Of a DNA stretch of 64,000 nt, positions 28,457-48,685 are shown piece by piece. The position numbers were made by a program, and so were the translations under genes. The DNA is from Bugula neritina (Eukaryota; Animalia; Bryozoa), in assembly GCA_964035545.1 (NCBI GenBank), contig OZ037771.1:12094480-12158479 (forward strand), written 5' to 3'. The notes below the pieces were generated by a model. It searched no databases, had not been told where the DNA came from, and was given only the letters and a program-made list of their open reading frames with translations. Each line of letters opens with the position of its first letter. The stretch's first letter is position 1.

Positions 28457-29618
28457 CTTGATATGCACTCAGCTCCAACACCAAGCAGGTGGTTATGATG
28501 CTTCTCCACAATGGCCAGGCCATCCAGCTGTCCGATTGTATGCATCTACGTAAAAATTATTGGCATATGGTGCAAGAAATGATTAAAAACCAGATAGGTG
28601 TGCTAGAATTTATACAGCATAATATAGAGTAAGGTAAAAGAGAACAGACCGTCAAGTGGTACAGCATAGAAACAATTACTAGCTATTATATGCTTTATAG
28701 AAGTTGGCAAATTGTAGCCCACTAGATATGAACTTTGGTTAGCATTTTATTTTGGCTTTCAGCAACTGCTTTAATCAATAATCTTGGCAAAACCAATATG
28801 TTTACAAATTAACACCTCCACTAGATAGGTATACAGGTCAAAATATTCCAATTGGTGACATACTAAAAGAAAATGTATATTTATTCATCTTTGAAAGATT
28901 GCTAATAATTTATAAAACAGCGTCGAAATCAGTAAAGTAACAGCGCAAATAAGTTTATTAAACAGCATTATAGGATTGCCTATTACTAGTTTCATGATTT
29001 CTATTATTTTACTGGTTTTAAACATAATATAGGCTGAAAAAGCAATATTAGTTCTCTCACTTTTGCTAACTACATTGCTTGGAAGGCCATCATAATTAGA
29101 TCAGATCAAACAAATGTGTTGACAGGTAGACTGGAACAGGCCTAAAATTTGCAAGGTATAATTTAAATGTATCTGGCCTGAAATTGCTGAAACTGACAAT
29201 ACAATAATATGAGAAACGAGCAGGGTTTTTTATTAAAGCTAGCAAAAATAATTCCTCTACATATAATTAACATACAGTTCATACATATAATATATTACTA
29301 TGTCCAGGCAGCAGTGCTTGTTCTAGCCAAAAAAAAAACTGATTTAATGGCTGATTTTAATGGCCATCAAGAAATTTATGGCGCACAGTGGCATTGTCAT
29401 ATTTTTAATATTCAAAATTACAGTTCTAATCTATCAATCATTTTATCAATACTACTACACTATGATCTACTCCTGCTGCTACTGCTGCTGGTTCTACCAC
29501 TGCTACCATACTGCTGAGTAATGCAAGCTAAGTAATTTAAATTACAATTAAAAAAATTATTGGACTTTCTTTTCTATTACCTGTCCAGTTTAGCATTTCT
29601 TTCATCATAGCTTGCCAT
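28457..29618 (-). CDS. Candidate leader exons (29618-29581, 28545-28457) of the minus-strand EGF/TM paralog
   Basis: GT-AG, phase-compatible splicing gives MASYDERNAKLDR|CIQSDSWMAWPLWRSIITTCLVLELSAYQ|GVSCNYAK..., in frame with the exon at 26341. The hydrophobic stretch could be a signal peptide. Confidence 0.45.
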
Positions 29619-30136
29619 AGTAACTTGAAAATTCACAGGGTTTGAGTTAGACCTATGGAATATACTTACAAGTAGAATGAACCCACAGTTCTGCAATATA
29701 TCATGAAAACATTCAAAATAAAAATATAGGAAAACCAAGTAAATGCTTCTAAGTATTAGCGCAAGTAAAGATGCTATGCAATCTATCCAACATGCAGCCA
29801 AATGTCTCAAAATAAGCATCATGCAGAGTTATAAATATAAAATGTTTCCGAATCAAGGCTAGCAACACATTGTTGTTGTGATAGCAAATTTTGCTTAATA
29901 AAGTAAGGAAACCAGCTTCCCTTGCATGACTCAATTTCTATTAAAGAAAAATTATACTCTCATATAATCGCGAATAATTCAATGCATGTATTTTAATTCA
30001 ATTTCATAGTTATTTTTCAGTTTCTAGACATGCTGACTATTGAACCATATAGGCTACTTTAAACTAGTAAAAATACTGAGAGCAATATTAACAAAAAAAA
30101 TGTTCACAAAATGTAAAAATACAACTAAAAAATTTT

Positions 30137-30223
30137 GCGACACCCATTTTAGTCAAAACCCCCCTTATGACTAAAATATGTGTCACGGACCGCGACACCA
30201 GGTGGCCACCCATTTTAGTCACA
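30137..30223. repeat. Cluster of three CACCCATTTTAGTCA-type motifs, two forming a hairpin; probable transposon terminus
   Basis: GCGACACCCATTTTAGTCA (30137) and the inverted TGACTAAAATATGTGTCAC (~30168), plus a third direct copy (~30207). A T-run precedes the cluster. Confidence 0.55.
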
Positions 30224-32139
30224 CCCAGTTTTATTTAATAGTAAATCAATTTACTTATATAAAAATTATTACATTCACAGTGATACATTGATGGTCATAA
30301 TATTTTATATATCAATATCATCATTATGATACAATTATCACTATTACTATTAGTGTTACTATATGATAACTTATCAATAAAACTTCATAAAGTTCATGAA
30401 AAACATTAAATATAACAATTTAATTAAAACTAAATCAATGCCAAAGGGCAAGGTAGAGTCAAAATTAAATAAGCTATAGGGTGTAGGCTATAAGTGTAAG
30501 TATAATCATCACTATAAAACTAAGTGACTGATGAGTTGGTACTTGGTAGCATAAACATAAAATGAGCATCATCTCATCTCATCTCATCTAATTAATCTCA
30601 CTCGGAGCGCTTTGGCTCCTTTATCGAGATGCAGTGGTGTATGAACAATTGTTTAAATTATCAGTAGTAAGGAAGAAAACCATTTTGTCTACGAGATAAG
30701 AATATAGTTAATTATGCTTTGATTCAAAGCTCAATAGCTAGCTACTGCCAGGAGAGAAAAAAAAGAAAAAAATAAACAAACAGAAACTAAAACACCATTA
30801 CATATATGATTTATGACCCTTTGGTTTCTATTTCTGATTTTAGCTTTACCTTGTCTTTTGGCATTGGTTATAGTATTAGTTTGAGTTACAACACTATCAG
30901 TTACTATGACTATGAGTATGAGTGAGTAGCCTTGCCCGTAGAACTAGGAATAGGAGTAAATCACTAGAAGTAGAAGTGTGGGCATCGGGGTATGACTATG
31001 AGTATAACTCATAGCCATAGTATGAGTATCTTACTGAAAGTGATACTCATAAACCTCAAGTGATAATCATAATGATACTTAGCATGACATGTAAGGTGTA
31101 TAATACTCAGTCTCAGTTAATGAGTTATACAGAGTAGAATATCAAACTTTAAGTTTAACTGCTACTTTGAAGTAGGACTTAGACATCACCATTTATGGGT
31201 ATGTCATGCCGTCATAGACTATAGACATAGTATAAGGTTCTAATACTATAAGTATAACTATTACTATTAGTATTACTATTAGTGTATTACTATTATAACT
31301 TATAAGTATAAGTATAACTATAAGTCAGCTATACTGATTACGCAGATTTGTGATTACTAATTTAAAATCACTCTAATCAGTAACTGTTATCACTATTAGT
31401 GAATTATTCATCATTTTATGATTTTATCATGGTCATAGTGAAACTGATTGAGTAATACTTAGAGTTATAGCTATATTGGTAGTGATACTGCTACTGATAG
31501 ACTTAGAGTTAGAGTGTGAGTCAGAGTGAGAGTCACTGAGCTGGAATATTATTGAGTTCGATGGTGAGAGTGATATTGTGGTGGCTCGTGGAGCTACCAG
31601 CAGCACAATACGCAGGGTCGCGTAATTGACCCGGAACAATGACAGCCAATTAGCAACTTTAGTAGTTAGTAGCAGTAGTAAATTTCCCGCTGTTAGTCAG
31701 TCGAAGTTAGAGTGTTGAGTAGTCTACATGTGTGGAATTATTAAATGTATTTGTATCGTTTTTGTAATGTGTTCTTGTACTTAAAATATATAGTCGTTCA
31801 CTCGACTTATCCTGGTGAAGTTCTCTAGCAAGTAATTAGACTCTCTGGATTGCATATCAACCCTAATTCTGAAAATCATAACAATATTCATATTAATTAT
31901 AAATATGGTTGTAACTAAGAGTATGAGCAAATGTGACATTATAAGTATTACCATTACTATTAGTGCATTCGTATCAGTATTACTATTAGTATTAGTACTA
32001 CTAATTATTAATCTATTTTCCAATAATAACCATGCATATGCCCTAGCTTATAAGTTTGAGTACGCCTATGGTATTCCAAATTGAAATTGGATCATTATGA
32101 TTAATTTAAATTTAACCAAACATATTTAGTTTGTTTACT

Positions 32140-32510
32140 GTCGTTCCATACACAAGTCGTTTCGTACACAAAATGAATAATTGATTAATCCACTAGATGA
32201 CTACTTCAATGGTACTAATTTACTTATTTATTGCTTTCCAGCATATATATTGAACACCTCCCATGTCTCTTATTGATCGATGTTTTATATTATTTTTTAA
32301 TGTATTACCTATTACTATTTTGATAAATAAGGTAATAAATTTTTTTATTGAACACTTTTTGGTTTTATTTTGATCAGTGCCTCAGTGGTTTAAATTGTAA
32401 TGTGCAAGTTGCTTGTGAGCAGTACTGTTTGGCTCATAGTCTCATACATCAAATAATGAATATGTATTTCAGTCAATTCATATTAATGTGTGTACGAAAT
32501 GACCTGCACC
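32140..32510. mobile_element. ~370 bp MITE-like insertion
   Basis: GTCGTTTCGTACACA (~32156) is inverted to TGTGTACGAAATGAC (~32489). Confidence 0.55.
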
Positions 32511-34032
32511 TATTTATTTATATTAAATATTCTTATTTGATATTGTAGTTTCTTTTACAAACACAGAATTAGATAGCTTTTTAGTACTTGTAGTTTTGCT
32601 ACTATACAACTATTGTCATTATTATAGTTGTAGTAGCAAAATTATTATTATTACTGTATTATTAATATTACTAAATATTATTGTTTTTAAATTTGTACTA
32701 CTTCTACTTACTCAGTTACTGAGTGAGTCAGCAACTATAATAATAACCCTTAAAGTATTATTTTCATTACTTAGATTTATACATATACAGCTAAAATGTG
32801 AAGCTGTACAGTATGATTAAGAATTGTTAGTATAGTAAATAAGTAATTCATTGTAGTCATATTCATACTTCAATGTGATACTAATGCTGATGGTACTATT
32901 TTTTCTAATACAATAAATATATGTAAATAAGTATAATCATTTACTATAGCCAAGACATCAAAGACTCACATTTTTAATAATGATGAATTGATTTAGATCA
33001 TAATTAAGATCATCATGGTTTTAATTATTTTCATTACCATCATTATTTACATTGGTAATAATATTGCAATCTTCATTACTAGTTACGTCAATTATAATAA
33101 CTGCAAAGTACACTTTTGATTGAGAACTGTGAAAATCATTAGTGATAACAAACTACCACTGTAAGTCTGTAAGTGCTTTAGTACTAGATGTACCACAAGT
33201 ATCAATGCTTTAGGTTTTTATGGTGTTAAATACTCATTTTCTTACAGTGATTGGTATTTTATTGGTACGTGTTCTGTTACTTGTGAGTATTAGTTACAAT
33301 TCCAAATGAATAAGCTATTTTAAGTAAATACTCTTATACGGTGTGAATATTGATATGAATTATATGTTTCACATTTACAGTTACAGTTTTATTAGTATGA
33401 TATACATTTTATTAATAATAATGATCATAAAACATCATCATTAAAAGTGTAAAGTTTTACTGCACTTTTTGGGACCAGTTGCTGCTTCTGGTAACATAGG
33501 TATAGAGTTTTTTGCTCATTTACCCTAACACACTAAGGTTTGAGTTTTATCTTTATTGCAACATCCAAAAACCTTTGCCGACCTTTTTCTTACAATCAAC
33601 TATGAAACGTTGTGCGTCTATGCTTAGCTGATAAATAACTAATAATATTTGCTTGTTATATGGGGAAGAATTTTTTGCATAGTAATACCTCTCGTGTTTG
33701 TATTTTGATTTTTCTAATGTCAATATATTTAAGAAATATTCTGGAAAGCATTTTTTGCCAGTTTGTTTCTTCTCTTTATTTCTTGTTCATTTTAACCATG
33801 CAATATCAGTTATTAACTCTATAAGATACACTGTTTTAATTATTCGTTGCACTGGTGTAGCATCTAGGATCGTGTTGATTTTAAGTGGGGTGCAGACTTT
33901 TTGAAAATTATGGCTTTTGTTTTAAAACCTTTCTTATCCATACCACAAAGTTTTTTTGCTTGTTTACCGCAATGAGTCTGTACACAACTACTAACTATAA
34001 CTAAAAGATATCTGTTTGAAATATTATAGAAT

Positions 34033-41486
<7,454 letters not shown>

Positions 41487-42152
41487 AGCTTTTTTCTTGA
41501 AACCTTTTTTGATAGTTTTTGGATATATTTTTCAAGCCACTATCTATCTGAGTGAGGCTATATTTTAACTAACTCTCTTCAATAATAATTTTATGTCTAG
41601 CTTAAAAATACCTATGATTGTGCTTGCTTGCACACTGTATATGTTCGAGTTTCTTCCAGGTTGTTTTTAGTCACATGATGTACTGTCGTTGCTAATGAAA
41701 CTTGCTTATGAGTACCCAATTATCCTTTTTCCACAATACTTATTGCTGCATTTTAGTAGTTGTTTTTATATTAAAATAATTTTGAAAGTTGTAAAGCTAG
41801 TTTTTACTAATGTGTGTGTGTGACTGGCAGAATACACATAATCTGTTATCAAACATGTATTAAATGTTATTAGCGATTCCAAAGATGAGAAATTGCATAC
41901 AGTTTTCTAGTTTGTTCTGCCCTGTAATAATTTTGTAATCTAAAAAAGAACTTTTTACTCTTATAATATTTTTGTAACCATAATATGCTCTAATTCAACA
42001 TTTGAAGTAATGTTTAACACATCCTATGTTGGCTAGAATTGATTTGCAAGGTAACTTTCACCTTTGTCTTGAAAGAATATCAAACTGTTTGGCATACAAT
42101 TATTTGTTTATTTACAATATATATATATATATATAATATGAAATATTTAGGT

Positions 42153-45035
42153 TCAGGTTCTTTTGCTGCATCCTTGTCCCTAAAATACAAGAAATAATAA
42201 TAATCAACAAGGAATATGCAACTTCACCCAGTTGATATCTTTAAATCACAAATGAACAGTTACCGGTTTACTTAGTTAAGCTGCAGCATAGTATAACTAA
42301 ATGCTACTTTAATTTTAAAAGTGTCTAGTCAACTAATTGATAATGTGAACAGCTGAAGTAGTACACTTACCATAAACTGTTTGTAAAACACTGTGTGACG
42401 CACATTTGTAATTGGCTCCCAGGTTGGAGTCCTAGAATATAAACAACAACTTTTTCAAACTGGAAGACCAAAAGCACCCACCAAACTTCTGAAGTTGAAG
42501 AAAAAAAAAATCGGTCTAGATCTGTGACAAGTTACAAAGACATTCCATTGTACCTCCCTCCGTAATTTAAATTTTTGTCTAACATTTTATGTTATGACAT
42601 TGCTTACATGCAAGTTCTAATTTCTAGCAAAAAGTAAAAAAAAATGCAGTTTATAAAAAAACATGACCTAATTACACAATGCTTCCAAATAAACAGTCTT
42701 CTAGTCAAATGAATTTAACCACTAAATTTAACCACTAATTTTCAATCTTACGATAACAAATGGCATACTCAAATAAATTGGGTAAGCTATTTTACATTTT
42801 TATACCGAGCTCTATCGTCTGTGTATGCATGCATGTGTTATACTTTGCTAGTGGATCATTATGAAAGTTCAATGCAGAATTATTCATACTCCATGATCAT
42901 TCTTGCTGGTCTCAATTCAACTTACCTGTACCCCTTCCATTTAACAAGTGCTTCCCTTCCTTTAACGTTAGTAATCTTTTCAATCACCCAAAGTTTTTTG
43001 GTACCTCCTTCAACAAGAAACACATAAAACATTATATTTATATGATGATTTTATAACAGCTTTTTAAACATGGGTAAATAATGCGATTTATAAATATGTG
43101 ACATTTGCAAAGAGTTTCTGAACATTTTGTTAGACAAATTAATTCATGAAATCTTTTATACGTGTCATGCATATACTCAAAAAGCTGTGCAAACAATTAC
43201 TTCAAACTTTAATTTTCTTGATTTACAAAACCTTGTATTATATAGCATTGAGCTAATATTACAATAAATATAAAACTGATGCATCAACCACAAATTGTAA
43301 AGTATTATAACTACAATATAAATATATGCAAGTATGTAATAAGCTTTGTCTAATTTGGTTACAATTTGTGAGACAATAATTATTTTGATTTTAAATAAAG
43401 TTTGAGGATAATTATCAAAGACGTACGTTTTGTTTTTTGTGAACTCTTCTTTCTAGTAGTGGCTGAGGGCACACTGGTTGAAGGATCACTGGCCGAGGAA
43501 ACACTGGCTGAAGGAAGACAGGTTGAAAGCACACTGGTGGAGACAAAGCTGGTTGAAGGCACACTGGTTGAGGGCACACTGGTTGAGAGACCTATGGTTG
43601 AGGGCACACTGGTTGAGGGAACACTGGCCGAGGAAACACTGGTTGAGAGATCTATGGTTGAGGGAACACTGGTTGAGGGAGCACTGGTTGAGGGCACACT
43701 GGTTGAGGGAGCACTGGTTGAGGGAGCACTGGTTGAGGGAACACTGGCCGAGGAAACACTGGTTGAGGGAACTATGGTAACTGGTTTATCATCTTTGTCT
43801 AGTTTATTATAGCTTTCCATGACTGTCATCTTGTTTGGATCGTAAACTTCCTTTACTAAATACAATAAAGTAAAATTACATTCAAACTCTGCACAAATTT
43901 TTTTTAAAAAGTAATAGAAAAGTAGTTTTACAACTTTTATGGTCTATATATGATAATCAAATATTTGCATGTTTTATATCTGAAACTACATAAAGAAATG
44001 TAAATATCTTATGTAAAATGTATTTATTGGCCATAGGTTTAGTGAAAAATACGAGTAGAAAGCTTGAGTTGCCACCGTCAATAAATTATAAATAAACATA
44101 CAAAGTGCTCTATATTACATCTAGCTCTAAAAGCATGTATGCATCTTACTTGAACTTAAAAGCACTGCTGTCATAGCTTTAGTAAGTTGTCCTAAGAATT
44201 CAGATGACACTCCACTGCTTATCACTGTGACCTTCTTATTTGAGTTAGGCTTTATCATAAAAGTAACTGTACCAAAGCCAGCTCCAAGAGCGAATGATGA
44301 CTAAAATATAAAATAGTTTAAATTATTTCAACAATAATATGGACAAAAGAACAGCTATGCACTTAGTAATTAATTCTATTTGTTATTATTATAAGTAAAA
44401 TAATTTATACCGCATCAAATTATTGTTTACAGAAAGCAATTTTTACCAAAAATGGTAAATAAGCTACTGGCACAGCGTTTTAGTTATGCATGCATAGTAA
44501 AATACCTTTCTCATTTTTTGCTTAAACTGATATTATATTTAAGCATTACAATATTGCAGAAGTTAAAAGATTTTATTTGATGGCATCACACATGTATGCA
44601 GATCAACTTTGTTTTCATTTTCCTATAATTTGCTATTATTATAGCATTCTAGAGAACAAAATCGCTTACCATGTTACACATCCTCTGCCTTGTGTAGCCG
44701 TTACCTTTTTTATGTTGAGCACCATACTCAAACTGTCTAGCCAATGTCTCCTGTTTAGTTTGTAGTGTTAATGATCTCATAGAGCTCCCTAAATATATAC
44801 ACATATATATCCAATTATACATTACTTAAGATGCTTTAAATTAAACTTTTTAAGACATGTATGCAGATATAGCTTCATATGTAAAAAGAACCTGGGTATA
44901 ATTGTATACCAGACAAAATGACTTATCTAAATGCATATACTTTTCATTTGACCTGTGAACGCTGCAGTAAAATCTTTGAAGTCACAACTTTTATAGTAAA
45001 ATATTTCGTGTGTGAGTGAGTGTGTGAGTGAGTGA

Positions 45036-45079
<44 letters not shown>

Positions 45080-46909
45080 CACCAATGAAAGCAAAGTAGA
45101 ACAATTGGAAGCTCTATTACCATAAGTAATAATGTACTCACCACAGTTGGAGCAATTGACTGCATTTATTGGTATAACGTGTTTGCAGCTGGGGCATTCC
45201 CTTTTGGTAACTAAAAAACCAAGATAACAATAAACAAGTTTTAACTGCAGTATGGCCTCATGAAATTTCTGGTGAAATTGGTGCTAACTATATATAATAA
45301 CTTACCAGATGATAAATTACACTAAATCCTTTTTAAAGACCTATAAATGACTATAGGATTATGATATAAGATGGTTTTACTTGAAAATTTAATGTCTATT
45401 AATAGCTAGAGTTATAATTTTAAGTATAATATTGCAAAAAAGTTTAATTGCATGCAAGAAACATCGTTTATTTAAAGAGATCATTTATCTATAATAAACG
45501 CTTGCATAATAGCTATTATAGCATTTCTTTTCATTATATAGCACATTGAAAAGTTAAAGTGCTATACCATAATTGTCAGTGAGGATTTGAGAGCACAAAA
45601 ATACTTAGGCTATTTCAAAATTATGTTTTTAATTTCTATTGCAATTAACAAGAAACAGCAAGGAAGTGTATATGAATTATATTTCATTCTTGAGGATTTA
45701 TATAAGAATGCCCAACTATTTTATATAAGTAAATCTACTATCTCATAATTATTTTTAAATTTAGAGCCATAGATGAAATTAAACTCATATGACACGTAAA
45801 ACAAGAAACTGTACTGGTTTTGTGGTTAATGCTAAAGTAATTTGTTTTAGCATAACAAATTGTAGACATTCTATACAATCTAGATTATGATGCCTGTGCT
45901 CACATAAAACGAAAGATTGCTAAACTAATTATGTATAGCAATCCTGTTTACTTACAGAATAGTATATATAATTGACCACAAACAACTCAAGACCTATGAT
46001 CTGGAAAACTATATGCAAACAAAGAAAAAACCTCAGCCCATAACTATTATATTATATTCCATATGTTGTTGTAATCATGCAACTATACAACTATTTCAAT
46101 AGATGATACTTGGTCTACTATATATATGTTTTTTGTATATAAAATATTGTCTTAGCTTAAATTATGTTTTATTGAGAATTTTTTGCTACTTTAAATAAAT
46201 TGGAAAAATAAATGAAAAAATTAGCTACAAAAATAAAAGCTATATAGCCAAGTTTTAAAGTATGCTGGATAAAATAGCATTGATTACCTAATTAAATTAT
46301 GAGAACTCAAATTACTTATATAAGTACGAGCCGATTTGCTTGCACTTGCAGTTTGCCTGCGCGTCTGGTATAACATGGCACAAGTATAATAATGGCACTA
46401 TGGTAATTTAAGGGCACAAATAGAAAAGTGAGAAAGAATGCACACTGATGTCAAACTTGTTAAACCCCAAACTCAAACCTTCATTTCCAAACCTAAACCC
46501 CATCCCACCCCAAACCATAACATTGAAGATGTGCCATTATTTGTACCTACTTTGCCATTTGTGCCTTTATTATCAGTATTATCATTACCTGTGCCATTTT
46601 TACCTGTGTCATTTTTACTGCAAACTGTAAATAGTAGGTATTTGTTGATTGAAGCTCAAAAAGAATTTACTACACTTGAAAATAATTATTATGATATAAG
46701 CAGCATACATATATACTTGGCTTGTCTAGCATAAATTAATTTAAATTAATCAATCATAATATATAATAATCAAGTTATAAAATATCCTTTATTTTATTAT
46801 ACTTACTGCATTTGCTGCATTTTGCAGGAGGCCTAATGCTGGGTGGTTGCATAAAAGCTTCTGCACACAAATTGCAATGTGCAATTTTAATTTTTGTTGA
46901 GCTATCCAT
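42153..46909 (-). CDS. Zinc-ribbon (4x CxxC) + Ser/Thr/Pro pentapeptide repeat + C-terminal chromodomain protein; 8 exons, roughly 345 aa
   Basis: Exons ~46909-46807, 45210-45142, 44788-44670, 44300-44150, 43855-43426, 43007-42926, 42431-42371 and 42179-42153, all GT-AG and phase-compatible. CNLC..CSKC..CPSC..CSNC; (VPSTS)n; KLWVIEKITNVKGREALVKWKGY|RTPTWEPITNV is the chromodomain consensus. Confidence 0.75.
43465..43772. repeat. Coding 15-bp tandem repeat (ACACTGGTTGAGGGA-like, ~20 copies) encoding VPSTS/APSTS on the minus strand
   Basis: Seen directly; lies inside a phase-consistent exon. Confidence 0.9.
46368..46625. mobile_element. Small non-autonomous element with inverted ~15-bp sub-repeats (GTGCCATTTTTACCT), intronic
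   Basis: AATGGCAC-type motifs at left, GTGCCATT motifs at right; same family as 48490-48685. Confidence 0.6.
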
Positions 46910-47564
46910 GCGTTTTACTGTGAAATCTAAAACAATATAAATTTGCAATGAACATAGCGTTATATAAAGGTTGCAGGAATACAGACTGGCATAATTTGGA
47001 ATAGAAAAACTAAATAATACTTATATAATATAAGAATAATCATACTGATTATGAATAGATAAAAAGAACCATGATGCTTTAAAACTGGTAATTATGTGCA
47101 AAATCATACAAAAACATACAACAGTTATATTATTACATAATGTAACCATGCATGATGTATCAAAATAAAGAGTTATTTTTAATTTCTATAAAACCTCACG
47201 CGGTCATACTAATAACTAATAGTAATATGGTAAACAAAAACATAATAAATTGATGATAAATTATTTAAATATCGTGACTAGTTATGATTGATTCAAAATA
47301 TTTAAAATAAAGAATATACTTCAAAAAATTAAATAATTTCCTGATAAATTCTTAGTACCTCAGTATTGAATGCTTCAAGTGTTTCTAATCAATTACGTAT
47401 AAGCTATTCCGTTGCTGCTGATCTGGCAAATTTAGCCTAACGCAACATTGAGCCATCTCATTGGTTCAAGCATACAGCAGTGGTTTAGCTTTCTATTAGC
47501 TATAACAAACAAAAAGAGAATAAATTGTTTGCGGGTATATAATAACAAGACTTATGTGAAATAT

Positions 47565-47643
47565 TTGCCACTACTGGGAATCGAACCCGGGTCCTCAGGC
47601 TTGCAAGCAAGTGTGCTACCATTACACCACGGAGGCTACTGGG
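47565..47643 (-). mobile_element. Short tRNA-derived element family B, best-preserved copy
   Basis: Minus strand GCCTCCGTGGTGTAATGGTAGCACACTTGCTTGCAAGCCTGAGGACCCGGGTTCGATTCCCAGTAGTGGCA has intact A/B boxes but poorly paired acceptor and anticodon stems. Confidence 0.7.
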
Positions 47644-48489
47644 TTAACACAACACTACAACTTATAACAATTAAAGTTGTTACAGGTCTAGAAAATTAAC
47701 TATAACAATAATTTTGGAAAAGTTGTAAAGTCAGCAAAATCAAATTAAACTCTTTAAAAATGTTTCAAACAAACATAATGGATGCAAGAAAAAAAAGCCA
47801 ACTTTAAATTGAAAGCAAAACAAAATACTTTTCAACAAAATTTGAAGAAATGGGAAGAAAGTATCAAGTGTCCATATATATCTGCCATTCGTGCCTACTT
47901 TCTTATTTACTGCATTTCTACTTGTGCTACACCTGGTTTTATAACAATTCTTATTAGCACAGAACCACGATATCAGTAAACATTAGCAAGCCTATAAGTT
48001 ACTCATCCAATTTAATTAAGTGATGGACCTGTTTTCGAGTGCAAAGAACAAAGTGAAAAACGTAATTTGTTTTAGCACATGATGGTCAAAGTGTTATCTT
48101 TTTCAGTATTGTGGGTTTGAGTGTGCGATCAAGTTATTTCACAACGCGTATTCTAAATCAACTTCGCAAGCGTAGTTCAGATTACAATATATTTATACAA
48201 CAATACACAATCTAAAAACTACATCTATTCAAACACATTAACAACTACCCAGCACAGTGATTAAAGTTTGCATGTCTACTTGATCATAACTGTTACGCGG
48301 GAAGTCACTGTTGCTAATTATAGTTCATGATTCATATTGGCGGGTTTCTGTATCGAATCATCTTCTTAACACACTTAGTGACCCCGTCCTGCACTTGGAA
48401 GGGAATTAATATTTCCCCCTTCTTCGTTATGACAGTAGCTCCACGAGCCACCACAAAAGCTCTCGGTTACAATCCATTTTTTTTTTCAT

Positions 48490-48685
48490 TTGTAAAAATG
48501 GCTCCAGTAAAAGTGGCACATGTAATAAGAACCACCTGCATCGTATATAACTGATATAATATATACAATACAAAATACATATACAAAACCATTATTACCT
48601 GTGCCATTATTGCCTGTGTCATGTTTAGCTGTGCCATTTTTACCTTTATCATTTTTACCTCTTCCATTTTTACCTGCATGGGCAA
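48490..48685. mobile_element. Second copy of the GTGCCATTTTTACCT sub-repeat element
   Basis: GTAAAAATGGC/GTAAAAGTGGCAC at left, tandem GTGCCATT..TACCT at right. Confidence 0.6.

Noticed and set aside
43402-43812. Plus-strand LVEGT and HWLRE repeat ORFs
   Set aside because: Antisense frames of the 15-bp repeat; only the minus frame links by splice phase to flanking exons.
47565-47643. Functional tRNA gene
   Set aside because: Acceptor and anticodon stems pair poorly and several diverged copies exist; treated as a tRNA-derived repeat.
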